The notes under the pieces are model-generated. The model made no database searches. It saw nothing but the letters and a program-made list of their open reading frames with translations, and was not told the DNA's origin. DNA of 64,000 bases from a virus. The stretch covers positions 43,030 through 107,029 of IMG/VR virus record IMGVR_UViG_3300033156_000775; one strand, 5' to 3'. A program made the position numbers and the translations under genes. Shown here one piece after another: positions 10,786 to 20,155 of this stretch (within the stretch, counting starts at the first letter, position 1; each line of letters starts with the position of its first letter).

Positions 10786-11355
10786 ATGAGCATAATCATT
10801 GATGGTAAGGAAGCTGAGTTTATCAAGATGGATAAGGACAAGGTTATGCTCATAATTAAGAAGGATGAAGAAACAGCCTTAGCCTTTCACTCAACCTTTA
10901 AGCGTTTTGACTGTTACAAGTATAAGGACATTTCTGATGTGTTCACTGATGAAGGGTATAGAGCTGGAGCTATTCGGATTAAGGTCTTAAGTATGTATCC
11001 CTTTATGTGTAAGCTCTACGTTAAGAAGCTCGTAGTTGAGCTTAACCAGTATGATCTTATCAACTTCACATATCACAAGAATAAGAACCTTAACCATGAG
11101 TCTATCAAAGTCTTAAACACATTGAGGAATAGACTGGTTGAATATCTTAAACAGGTTAAGGCTCATATAGATGTCAAGCCTTTAAGGTTCAAGTATGACC
11201 ATAAGGATAAGAAACCAGTCTTAACGGTCTATTGTGACAGAGAGGTGTCTTATGTCCCTATTACTAAATGCCTGTTTTGTGAATATAACCGTAATAGACG
11301 CACATCAGTTAGGGATAAGTCTTATGATCCGTTAAAGATCAAGTGTGTCTATTAG
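10786..11355 (+). CDS. Hypothetical protein with C-terminal Cys cluster
   Basis: ORF; C...CLFC...C. Confidence 0.55.
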   Translation: MSIIIDGKEAEFIKMDKDKVMLIIKKDEETALAFHSTFKRFDCYKYKDISDVFTDEGYRAGAIRIKVLSMYPFMCKLYVKKLVVELNQYDLINFTYHKNKNLNHESIKVLNTLRNRLVEYLKQVKAHIDVKPLRFKYDHKDKKPVLTVYCDREVSYVPITKCLFCEYNRNRRTSVRDKSYDPLKIKCVY

Positions 11356-11409
11356 GATAAGCTTATTTTGATTCTAAGCCTGTTTCTAACTCTTTAGGAG
11401 GTGACTCTT

Positions 11410-11550
11410 TTGATTAGAGAAGAGTTTTTCAGGGTACTAGATCAATTCTACAAACTAGTTGGGGAATTTCTAGAAAAAGGTTATAATGAGAAGGAAGCTG
11501 TTAGGAAAGCTGAGCTCGTCCTCTTTAAAGGTTCAAAGTCTAAGGATTAA
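11410..11550 (+). CDS. Micro-ORF paralogous to 11572..11787
   Basis: AGGAGGTGA SD; EFLEKGYNEKEAVRKAEL vs EELIKQGYPVKEALRKAQL. Confidence 0.55.
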   Translation: MIREEFFRVLDQFYKLVGEFLEKGYNEKEAVRKAELVLFKGSKSKD

Positions 11551-11571
11551 TCTCTTAGAGGCTTTGTTATT

Positions 11572-11787
11572 TTGGGTAAGCTTATTTTCTTATTTAGGGA
11601 AATTCTAAGAAATGTAGAGTTAGGTCTCTTAGCTGAGGAGCTTATTAAGCAAGGCTACCCAGTTAAAGAAGCTCTTAGGAAAGCCCAGCTTATGGTCACC
11701 CAACCAGCTCGTGCCAACAGAGGAGCTACCCCAGAGGAAAGGGAAACAGCTCAAGGTTGGATAGGGAGGAAAAGGGTGACAAGCTAA
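11572..11787 (+). CDS. Small hypothetical protein
   Basis: ORF; shares motif with upstream micro-ORF. Confidence 0.5.
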   Translation: MGKLIFLFREILRNVELGLLAEELIKQGYPVKEALRKAQLMVTQPARANRGATPEERETAQGWIGRKRVTS

Positions 11788-12703
11788 AAATAATTTCTCT
11801 ATTCCTCCCTATGTAGTCCGGACAACACTTTAAGGAGAAACTAATTTGTCCTCTAGAAAAGATTTATTCCTCTTGTGTAGAAGGTTAGGAACAGAAAGAT
11901 GCAAGTACAGAAATTCTTATTGCTGTCTTGTTGGGTATAAGCCAAAGGGAAAGTGTCCAGCTGAAAATGATGTGTAGTCCGGACTACACTCTCATGGGTC
12001 TAGTCTATCTATATCCTAGATAGACAGATAAACCATGAAAGGAGAAATAAAGATGAAAATTGAACCATACGTGCTTGATGAGATTGAGAACAGAATAATG
12101 CAAGTGATTGAGTCCTTAACTGAGAAGCTTGATGCTGATGATGCTGATATTACTGAGCTTCGTATTTTAATAGAACACATCCATGTCTTGAAAAGACATC
12201 TTCAGGCTTAACGGGAAGGATGTAGGTTGTCAATTGAGATAAGTGAGGAGGACATATGTAGATTCCTAAAGCTGAAGATGGGAAGAAGACCGTCCCCTTC
12301 AGAAGTCAAGTCCTTCATCAGCTATCTGGAAATAGACATGCCAGAATGGCTGAATGACAACTTCAGAAGCTGGGAAAAGTGTAGTCCGGACAACACTTGT
12401 TAGGGATGAAAATTATGAGTAAAGCTAAGAGAGTAAAGGTTTATCTTGAAATAACTGATAAGAGCTACACAGCTCTCTACACAGCTTCAGACATAGCTGA
12501 CATCCTAGAAAAAGCACTATATGAAAATCTGATTGAATACTACATTATTAGAGTAGTGGAAATTTAAAGTTGTTAGTCTCTTGACAAGAGCTGATGTTTA
12601 TCTTGTCAATTATAGATCATTTCTTCATAGGATATTTCCTTTCATGCTTCTTCTGGATTGGATACTTGTTATATAAATCTAGAAAGAAGAAATAAGCCCT
12701 AGA

Positions 12704-12817
12704 CCACAGCTGATATGTAGCTAAGCTGGAAAATGCCAATCTAGAGAGTCTATTACAAAATTGATTGTCTACAGGACAACATTCCAGCTTAGCATTCTCC
12801 CTGCATGTCAGCTGTGG
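12704..12817 (+). ncRNA. Candidate structured RNA (long interrupted hairpin)
   Basis: CCACAGCTGATATGTAG/CTGCATGTCAGCTGTGG (17 bp, 2 G-U) plus CTAAGCTGGAA/TTCCAGCTTAG; TTATATAAA about 30 nt upstream. Confidence 0.55.
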
Positions 12818-12849
12818 AGGGAGACTTAAAATAAAGGAGGAAAATAAGA

Positions 12850-13422
12850 GTGAGAATTCTAGAATTGGATGACAACACCATATACATCGATGACCCCAGC
12901 TTCACATGTGAGCTGGACGATGGCAAGAAGGTCTATCTAGGTCTAGTGTGTGAAGCTTTTGACCTAAGGGAAATAGACGATAGACATGATGACGATCCCT
13001 ACCCGGTGGTAGTGGAAACTCAAGTAACAGTGGCCCCTAGATCCTTAGACAGCAGCTACCTCAAAGTAGCTAATGAAGGAGAAGGTCTTGATCTTAACAA
13101 TGATGGGATTAAAGTCTATGTGTCCTACCGTTATTCTGGAGGAGTCCCTGTAAACATGGAGTCTATCAAGGGATCTGTAAAGTCTAGTGTAGACTCTGAG
13201 GTTAGGACAATCAATCATAGGCTGTATGGAGAAATAAAGACTAGACATTTTAGAACTGTAGAGGATGCCTTATCCTATGCTAGGAAAGTCTATGCCCATA
13301 ACTGTAAAGCTCTATTTGGGCTGATAGGGTTCTACTTAGACAGGACACTGAACTTAGCTGGTACAACTGGATGGGACATCATACAGCTCCAAGCCTTGAA
13401 CAAGGACTACAAAGTTTTCTAG
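12850..13422 (+). CDS. Hypothetical protein
   Basis: GGAGG SD, 190 aa ORF. Confidence 0.65.
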   Translation: MRILELDDNTIYIDDPSFTCELDDGKKVYLGLVCEAFDLREIDDRHDDDPYPVVVETQVTVAPRSLDSSYLKVANEGEGLDLNNDGIKVYVSYRYSGGVPVNMESIKGSVKSSVDSEVRTINHRLYGEIKTRHFRTVEDALSYARKVYAHNCKALFGLIGFYLDRTLNLAGTTGWDIIQLQALNKDYKVF

Positions 13423-13628
13423 GATTGTGAAGCAATGTCCATAAAGTGGAAAGTGTATGATTCACTAGGAAACCTAGTAGGCTACTTCTATAAGGAAAAT
13501 GATAAAGTAGCTCTTGAGGACTTATCTGGAAAAGTCCAACATGTAAGGAAAGATCTGACATTAAAGCAAGCTGTAAGGATTCTTCTTAGCGAAGAATAGA
13601 TCTTAAGCTAAATAGAGGAACGAAAAGA

Positions 13629-13835
13629 ATGAAGCAGCTAACATTCTATGACTTTGAAGGGTTTAGAGAGCTATGTCACTTCTTTGATGAAGTGCATGAG
13701 GAGCTAGCTGACATGTATGAGGCATTGAAGAAACCTAGAGCATATATCAAGGTTGAGCTGACAGGATACACTGGAGATAAAAGAGATGTTCTGGAGATCA
13801 AGATCCCTAATAGTGTAGTCCGGACTACACTCTAG
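13629..13835 (+). CDS. Small hypothetical protein ending in palindrome-encoded VVRTTL
   Basis: ORF, SD. Confidence 0.55.
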   Translation: MKQLTFYDFEGFRELCHFFDEVHEELADMYEALKKPRAYIKVELTGYTGDKRDVLEIKIPNSVVRTTL

Positions 13836-13847
13836 GAAAGGTCTAAA

Positions 13848-14042
13848 ATGAATAGTGGAAAAGCTAAAGTCCATTTTAGAGATGTCTACTCTCTAGAGAG
13901 ACACAGAACTAGGCTGATAAGGATAGGGATAGATCCTAGAGAGCTAGAGGTAAAGTATGACGTAACAACTGGGAAGCTATTCCTACTTGTTCCCTCAACA
14001 GTCCCTGTACGCCTTAAAGCTCAGATTACAATGAAGAAGTAG
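13848..14042 (+). CDS. Small hypothetical protein
   Basis: ORF. Confidence 0.5.
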   Translation: MNSGKAKVHFRDVYSLERHRTRLIRIGIDPRELEVKYDVTTGKLFLLVPSTVPVRLKAQITMKK

Positions 14043-14071
14043 CCCCTGAAATCCTTCTATTTTTTAGGAAG

Positions 14072-14133
14072 CCAGCTGAAGCAATAGAAGCGTCTAAGTC
14101 CTGGCTTCTACCTACATTTGTAGGCTCAGCTGG
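14072..14133 (+). promoter_or_regulatory. Three-way-junction RNA structure in leader of Ubl operon
   Basis: CCAGCTGA/TCAGCTGG closing TAGAAGC/GCTTCTA and CCTACA/TGTAGG. Confidence 0.4.
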
Positions 14134-14164
14134 AGGCATCTAGACTGAAAGAGGTATGTGAACA

Positions 14165-14422
14165 ATGTCTGATGAAGGAAACGTTTGGACCACTCCAGAG
14201 CCTAAGGTGCCTCCTACCATACAGGTAGGGGACAAAGAATTCAAGGTTGAGCTAGAGAGTGACTTTGTGTCCACTATACTTGGGATCGTAAGATCCCTAG
14301 GTATAGGTAGGTTCCTAGTGAAGTACAATGGCTCAGTGATCACACCAGCTGAAGCACCAGACACATTCGAGGACTATGCTGGAAAAACAATCGTAATAGA
14401 GCCAGTTGATGAAGCTGGATAA
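14165..14422 (+). CDS. Ubiquitin-like (beta-grasp) protein
   Basis: 85 aa ending IVIEPVDEAG (C-terminal Gly); first gene of E2-E1-JAB operon. Confidence 0.7.
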   Translation: MSDEGNVWTTPEPKVPPTIQVGDKEFKVELESDFVSTILGIVRSLGIGRFLVKYNGSVITPAEAPDTFEDYAGKTIVIEPVDEAG

Positions 14423-14454
14423 GAGCTTCTACACACTGGCTCACTTTTTTTTTC

Positions 14455-15606
14455 ATGGAGGATGTTTATATGAGGCTTGTTTTCAAGAAGGATGGTGAAA
14501 GGCCTCCCAACTTCTATATTGAAATTTCCTATGAAGAGAAAGACCTGATTAACAATTATATCTATGAGAGTGGAGTTTACTATATCAGTGACAAGATCTA
14601 CCTGACCAATGCCACTGTGGCTAGAGCTCTAGGTCTCTCATCCAGATATTTGGACTATCATCCATTTATGAGTAGTTTTACTTCTAGGGAGCTCTTAAGT
14701 GCAGCCAAGATAGACATTGAAGATCCTGATGAAAGACAAAAGCTCATCTCTTCAGTGTACAAATACCTGAAAAACAGGCTTGAGATAGCCATGTCCAAGA
14801 CTGTTAGGGATGAACGTTCTATTCCCCTAGACATATCTCCATCCCTAGGAGAAATGAATGTAAGCCTAGAGGAAGTAGGAAAGATAGGGACACCTTTCCT
14901 CATCTCTATCGGGGACAAGGTGTTTGAGGCTAAGCTAGTAAAGGAGATTGACAGCTTCAGAGACTACATGCAGAGAAGGCTGAAGCAGATAGTGGGGGCA
15001 TATAGAAACCACATTACAGCTACTCTCAGTGCCCTACGTGACGAGTATGATAGGAAACTAGAGGAAATAGAAAAAACCAGGGAAACAATGATCCCAATGC
15101 CTAACATCACTCTTAGTGACTTAGCTACTGGCATGAGAATATGTAGGAACAACCAGTACCTAGAGGTTTATCTGCCAGTGAAGGTAGAGATCAAAAGAGT
15201 CTTTTACAACAAGAAATCTTTTACATTGAAAAAGGAGTACTGGTGTACTCTCAGAGGACTAGCTGGACTAGCACTGGATCGTGATCTTACAATAGTGTCA
15301 ACCAAGTTTGTGAGGTCTAAGAGGGCAAGTAGGGGAGTTAGGCATCCTAACGTGAATGATGATGGAATGGTGTGTCTTGGCTATACTAGACAGATCCTAG
15401 GTAGGAGGCTAAACGACATACATGATGCTTACACATGGATATATTCAGTGGTTGATTTGCTGTCCGTACCTAACTTCGATGATGCATACGATGTCCATGT
15501 TTCACAATGGGCTAGGGAGGTCTTTGATGCTCTGGAAAGTGGCCACTCAAGTGAGGTAGTAGAGGAAGTGGCTACTCTTCCTTCAGAAGTAGTGTGGAGG
15601 ACATAA
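14455..15606 (+). CDS. E2/UBC-like conjugating enzyme with N-terminal coiled coil
   Basis: HPNVNDDGMVCLG matches the E2 HPN...GxxCL catalytic motif. Confidence 0.75.
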   Translation: MEDVYMRLVFKKDGERPPNFYIEISYEEKDLINNYIYESGVYYISDKIYLTNATVARALGLSSRYLDYHPFMSSFTSRELLSAAKIDIEDPDERQKLISSVYKYLKNRLEIAMSKTVRDERSIPLDISPSLGEMNVSLEEVGKIGTPFLISIGDKVFEAKLVKEIDSFRDYMQRRLKQIVGAYRNHITATLSALRDEYDRKLEEIEKTRETMIPMPNITLSDLATGMRICRNNQYLEVYLPVKVEIKRVFYNKKSFTLKKEYWCTLRGLAGLALDRDLTIVSTKFVRSKRASRGVRHPNVNDDGMVCLGYTRQILGRRLNDIHDAYTWIYSVVDLLSVPNFDDAYDVHVSQWAREVFDALESGHSSEVVEEVATLPSEVVWRT

Positions 15607-15609
15607 CTA

Positions 15610-16248
15610 TTGTACGCTAGGCAGTCTAGTTTAAATCTCCATATTCCAAGTGACATTGGGATCATCGGGTGTGGAGGCATAGGCTCATGGGTAGCCATCT
15701 ACTCTGCTATGGGAGGAGTAAGGACAATCAGCTTGTTTGACCCTGACATCCTAGAGATCCATAACCTGAATAGACTTCCATATCCTGAGAGTGCTGTGGG
15801 CATGAAGAAAGTAGATGTCCTTAGAGAATACCTAGTCCACATTAGGCCTCAGAGTGAGGTATTTGCCTACGATAGACGTATTTCAAGGGACAATGCAACC
15901 CTACTTCACAAGTGTAAAATAGTCTTTGACTGTACAGATAGCACCAGAGCCCATAGGTTGATAGAGGGCTTATGGGTCAAGAAGAGCTTTACTGATCTGA
16001 TTAGAGCCTCATATGATGGTGACCATTACACCTTGTCCAAGAACCTTCGTTTAGAGAGCATGTCTTGGGGAAATGAAACCTCTGGGTACCAGATTGTCCC
16101 CAGCTGGGTCATCCCAGCATCGTTCATAGCCCAGATTGCATGTTGGTTGGCATATGCTGAGGATGCCCCTGAAAGATACTTTCTTTCTAACAGTTTAAGG
16201 AATACTGTTAACCGTTTCATTTATGGAGGTAAGACCACAATTGACTAG
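15610..16248 (+). CDS. ThiF/E1-like adenylyltransferase
   Basis: GIIGCGGIGS, DPDILEIHNLNR, KVDVL, DCTDS. Confidence 0.92.
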   Translation: MYARQSSLNLHIPSDIGIIGCGGIGSWVAIYSAMGGVRTISLFDPDILEIHNLNRLPYPESAVGMKKVDVLREYLVHIRPQSEVFAYDRRISRDNATLLHKCKIVFDCTDSTRAHRLIEGLWVKKSFTDLIRASYDGDHYTLSKNLRLESMSWGNETSGYQIVPSWVIPASFIAQIACWLAYAEDAPERYFLSNSLRNTVNRFIYGGKTTID

Positions 16249-16350
16249 AAGGAGGAGAAAAAAGAAGAGGAAAGCTACAGAGGAAACAGGTGGCATACTA
16301 GTAGTAGTGGATGATAGGGATAGGAGCAGTGAATTGTCATACCATATCCG

Positions 16351-16878
16351 TTGATTGCCAGGATCTCCAGCCTAGTTTCTAGACTTCATACTGAGTGGCT
16401 AGGTTACTTGGACTATGAACAGGTTGAGGACAATGGTAGACTTGTGTACAGAGCTACAGAGATTACTATCCCAGATCAGGAGGTCACATACTCATCGGTA
16501 AACGTTAACGATCCTGCTATAGGGATAGGTAAAGGAGTCATCCACTGTCATCCCTGGAAGGGATATTCATCTCATTCTAACACTGATGAGGACTACGTTG
16601 ATAGGAATCATCCCTTCAGCATAGTTGTAAACAAGGACTTGGACTTCTCTGTAAAAGCTGTAGTAGACGTCCCATGTGGGTCTAGGATACTAGTAGATGG
16701 GGAAGTAGAAATTGAATATCCAGATGTGGATACCAAGTCCTTCCTAGAGGAGGCTAAGAGCAAAATCAAGGAGAAGAAGTATGTCTACAGATACTCTGCA
16801 TCTAGGAAAAAGTCATCAGGGATAACTGCTATGGAGTATGGGTACCTAGATCCATACTCATATTCCTGGATGCCGTAG
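16351..16878 (+). CDS. JAB/MPN metallopeptidase (start uncertain)
   Basis: EWLGYL...HCHP-x6-HSNTD JAMM motif. Confidence 0.85.
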   Translation: MIARISSLVSRLHTEWLGYLDYEQVEDNGRLVYRATEITIPDQEVTYSSVNVNDPAIGIGKGVIHCHPWKGYSSHSNTDEDYVDRNHPFSIVVNKDLDFSVKAVVDVPCGSRILVDGEVEIEYPDVDTKSFLEEAKSKIKEKKYVYRYSASRKKSSGITAMEYGYLDPYSYSWMP

Positions 16879-17032
16879 TCCGGTCTACATCTAGAGAATG
16901 ATAGACTATGCCTCTAGCTCTTCTAATCATATCGTTAGTTGTATGGATAGTTGACTTTATACGTAGACCTAATCTATGGGAGCATTTACCCCTATCTGAG
17001 CGTTACAGACAGAAGTTTATACGGGACTGTCC

Positions 17033-17329
17033 ATGACCCAGTATAGAGATCTCCCTAACCTATTGCCAGATCCTTTGAAAAGAGTCCAGCATAGGTTGGT
17101 TATGGCTAAGCTTGTGCTTGCCATTCAGTCCTTGTCCAATGACACATTCACTATACATGACCTGATACCTCTTGTTAGGATTGGAAACAGACGCTTACTC
17201 TCCAAATACCTTCTATACCTCTATAGAGAGGGCTATCTGTCCCTTGTTGGAAAGGCAAATTACAGGAGACTGTCTGTTTACTCTAGAGAGGAAAAGATCT
17301 TCACTGTCTTTGATACTGGGATGAAATGA
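17033..17329 (+). CDS. Winged-helix protein
   Basis: FTIHDL...LSKYLLYLYREGYL...VY pattern. Confidence 0.5.
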   Translation: MTQYRDLPNLLPDPLKRVQHRLVMAKLVLAIQSLSNDTFTIHDLIPLVRIGNRRLLSKYLLYLYREGYLSLVGKANYRRLSVYSREEKIFTVFDTGMK

Positions 17330-17565
17330 TGAGAGCTAAGAGGTTAACATGTAAGATGGCAGATAAGGTAGTTACAATTTGGGAAATCGTTATCTATAGA
17401 GATGGATGGGAAAGGACAGGGATAATAGCACTTGACTCATATCCACATACAGCTTCTCATGCATGTAAAGAGGCAGGACTACTAGCTGACAGGTTTGGGA
17501 TCTTTAAAGAGATTTATAGTTATCCTTACACAGCAACATGGCTGAGGACAATTAAACTTGAATAG
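17326..17565 (+). CDS. Hypothetical protein
   Basis: ORF, ATGA overlap. Confidence 0.5.
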   Translation: MMRAKRLTCKMADKVVTIWEIVIYRDGWERTGIIALDSYPHTASHACKEAGLLADRFGIFKEIYSYPYTATWLRTIKLE

Positions 17566-17576
17566 GAGATAGGTCT

Positions 17577-18812
17577 ATGGAAAGCTCTATGGAATGGATA
17601 CCATCTGAAATACTGTCATCAATTAGAGAGGAGCTCAAGGGAGCTAGAAGTATCCAGGATATCAGGAGTATTGTAGTCCAAGCTACAAGATGTAAGCCTG
17701 GTGACATTAAAGATTTCCATTACAAGCTTGGAGGACATGACTGGAAAGGGGTGATCTATACTAAACGGAACACTCTTATGGGATCAGTATTCTCACTGTT
17801 TGACAGTAAACCCTTTGTAGTTAGAGGCTATCCTAAGATCAGATATGCATTAGATTCTAAACTCTTAGGAAAGGAAGTAACTGTACAGATGAAGTATGAC
17901 GGGACTAACATTGGACTTTTCCTCCTACCTAATGGAGAGATCATGGGAAAGACTAGGCTGATGCCTAGATGGGATGTCCAGTCTTTACAGGCTATGAAGA
18001 GACAGGTTTCTCATTGGAAAGAGCTCTTTACGAAGATAGATGATGGCTATCTCCTTAAGCAAGTCAAGTATCTAGCTGAAGATGACTACATGATATTTGG
18101 AGAGCTCTATGGATATCTAAATCCTGGAGAATTCATTAAATATTCAATTCCAATAGCCTTCAAAGCTTTCGATATAGTTGACACTAGGACACTAAAGTTT
18201 CTTAGCTCTAAAGACATGGAGGATCTATGCTATGAGCTGGACATTCCATATGTAGAGGAGCTATGGCATGGTATCCTAACTAGGAAAGAGGTTGAACGAA
18301 TAGAGTACGAAGCTAAACAGTATGTAAGAGAGGATGGCTATGAGGGATTTGTAGCTAAGCATTTCTCCCCTATAGATAACGACATGCACTTCTGCAAGCT
18401 TAAATGTGAAGAGATAAAGGAGAAAGCCTGGAAGCTTAGACCTACTGGAATCCCAATTTCTATTATTCGTAAAGCCATACGAAAGGCTATGGAAAGCTAC
18501 CCATACTATGACAAAGTAGATCAGCTATATCCAGTAGTTAGAGAGGAGCTCCTAGAAGAAGTAGAGCCCTCATTGGTAGATGAATCAGAGAACAAGATAA
18601 GATCTGTTATTAGAAGAGTACTGTCTCCTACACCTGAGGAGCTAAAGAAGTCCATAAGGGAAATTATGCTTGAGCTTAGGGAGAGAGGTATGGACTTGAA
18701 CAAGAAGGGAGAAGTGCTCCCAGCTCTAGCTCATCGTCTAGGAGACATATCAGGAAAAATGCTTTACAGACTTTACACTCAAGTCTTATTTGAGATGGAA
18801 AGTGAAGTGTAG
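17577..18812 (+). CDS. ATP-dependent RNA ligase, Rnl3 (Pab1020/MthRnl)-like
   Basis: VRGYPKI, motif I KYDGTN, III FGELYG, IIIa FDI, IV EGFVAK, V KLK; no OB domain. Confidence 0.85.
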   Translation: MESSMEWIPSEILSSIREELKGARSIQDIRSIVVQATRCKPGDIKDFHYKLGGHDWKGVIYTKRNTLMGSVFSLFDSKPFVVRGYPKIRYALDSKLLGKEVTVQMKYDGTNIGLFLLPNGEIMGKTRLMPRWDVQSLQAMKRQVSHWKELFTKIDDGYLLKQVKYLAEDDYMIFGELYGYLNPGEFIKYSIPIAFKAFDIVDTRTLKFLSSKDMEDLCYELDIPYVEELWHGILTRKEVERIEYEAKQYVREDGYEGFVAKHFSPIDNDMHFCKLKCEEIKEKAWKLRPTGIPISIIRKAIRKAMESYPYYDKVDQLYPVVREELLEEVEPSLVDESENKIRSVIRRVLSPTPEELKKSIREIMLELRERGMDLNKKGEVLPALAHRLGDISGKMLYRLYTQVLFEMESEV

Positions 18813-18843
18813 TCCGGACTACATTCTTAAGGAGAGTTTCCTA

Positions 18844-19062
18844 ATGAGAGAAGAATGTATAAAGGAAATTCTAAAGTCCTACTATAAGTGGAAAGCTGTA
18901 GGTGTAGCTGGTATCTGGATAGGAGCTGGAGTGGCCTGTTTATCCTCTACAGGAGATATCCCAGCATTAATCATATTCCTAGCTATGTTCTCATCTCTGC
19001 TCTATACTATGATAGGTGCTCCTGACTTCTATGCTAAGTGGATAAGGAAGAAAGGAGACTAG
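18844..19062 (+). CDS. Small membrane protein (2 TM)
   Basis: AGGAG SD before ATG 18844; two hydrophobic segments. Confidence 0.5.
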   Translation: MREECIKEILKSYYKWKAVGVAGIWIGAGVACLSSTGDIPALIIFLAMFSSLLYTMIGAPDFYAKWIRKKGD

Positions 19063-19066
19063 CTCA

Positions 19067-19606
19067 GTGAAAACGTGGTTTACAGCTGACACTCACTTTG
19101 GACATTCTAATATTATCAAGTACTGTAACAGACCATTCAAGTCAGTAGATCATATGGATATGAGGCTTATCCAGCTATGGAACTCTAGGGTTAAGAAGCA
19201 TGACATAGTTATCCATCTAGGGGACTTTATGTTTAAGGACATCAATAAGAGGGAATACTATCTAGACCAGCTTAATGGACACATTACCTTCATAAGGGGA
19301 AACCATGACCATAGCAATTCTCTCAATACCAAGATTAGCTACCTAGTGGTTCACATATCCAACATGGATGTTTACTGTACTCATAGACCTGAGGACTTTA
19401 ATTCCTCCTATCCTATCAACCTTGTAGGTCATGTCCATGAGAAATGGAAGGTAAAGAAGATCTACAACACTTATCTGGTCAATGTGGGAGTGGATGTCTG
19501 GAACTATCATCCTGTAGATATCAATGAGATCCTAAAGGCTATTAATGATTACAAGCTCTTCTGGGAGAAGATAGGGAAGACAGGCCAGGTAGGTTTAACT
19601 GAATGA
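19067..19606 (+). CDS. Calcineurin-like metallophosphoesterase
   Basis: DTHFGH, LGD, GNHD, GHVH. Confidence 0.92.
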   Translation: MKTWFTADTHFGHSNIIKYCNRPFKSVDHMDMRLIQLWNSRVKKHDIVIHLGDFMFKDINKREYYLDQLNGHITFIRGNHDHSNSLNTKISYLVVHISNMDVYCTHRPEDFNSSYPINLVGHVHEKWKVKKIYNTYLVNVGVDVWNYHPVDINEILKAINDYKLFWEKIGKTGQVGLTE

Positions 19607-19698
19607 AGAGACTTCAAAGAAAGAGGACTAAAGGCTGGAGAATGCCTCCTAACACTTATATAGGAATGCTCCGAATTATAGTGTATGCCCTGGTCTAA
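19603..19698 (+). pseudogene. Truncated 5' remnant of a DUF4326 gene
   Basis: MKRLQRKRTKGWRMPPNTYIG parallels RVQRKRTKGFRL...VYVGRP of 20130..20450. Confidence 0.65.
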
Positions 19699-20155
19699 AA
19701 GAGTTTCGAAAACAAAAGTTGTCTGCCTTTCTTGCGGTCGTAGTATCTATCTTAAGCCTTTACCGAGCTGTGCTGAACCTGCTCACTTGGCATATTATGA
19801 AAAAAGAAAGAAACGAAATAATGAATACAGGAGAAAACGCCGTGAGGAAGCTAGAAGACGAGGTGAAGTGTATCGTTCTGAAAGACCTGAAACAAGAAGA
19901 GCAAGAGAAAGGAGGAAATACAGAAAGGTTAGAGAGGCTTTGCTCCAAAAATTGGGAGGAAAATGTGTGCGATGTGGTTTCTCAGATATTAGGGCATTGC
20001 ATATCCATCATATAAATGGAGATGGAGGGAAAGAACGTAAAAAACTTGGATGGAAATATCTTAAGATTCTCTCAGAAATGCCAGAAAAAGAACTTAGAGA
20101 ACAATATGAAGTCCTCTGTGCGAATTGCCATGAAATCCTCCATCACACCAGTTAG
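19685..20155 (+). CDS. HNH homing endonuclease
   Basis: GGKCVRCG...LHIHHI...LCANCHEILH. Confidence 0.85.
   Translation: MPWSKRVSKTKVVCLSCGRSIYLKPLPSCAEPAHLAYYEKRKKRNNEYRRKRREEARRRGEVYRSERPETRRARERRKYRKVREALLQKLGGKCVRCGFSDIRALHIHHINGDGGKERKKLGWKYLKILSEMPEKELREQYEVLCANCHEILHHTS

Noticed and set aside
14072-14133. Hammerhead ribozyme
   Set aside because: Lacks the CUGANGA and GAAA core
19685-20155. Group I intron around the HNH gene
   Set aside because: No room for or sign of a ribozyme core; the flanks are duplicated 5' ends rather than joinable exons
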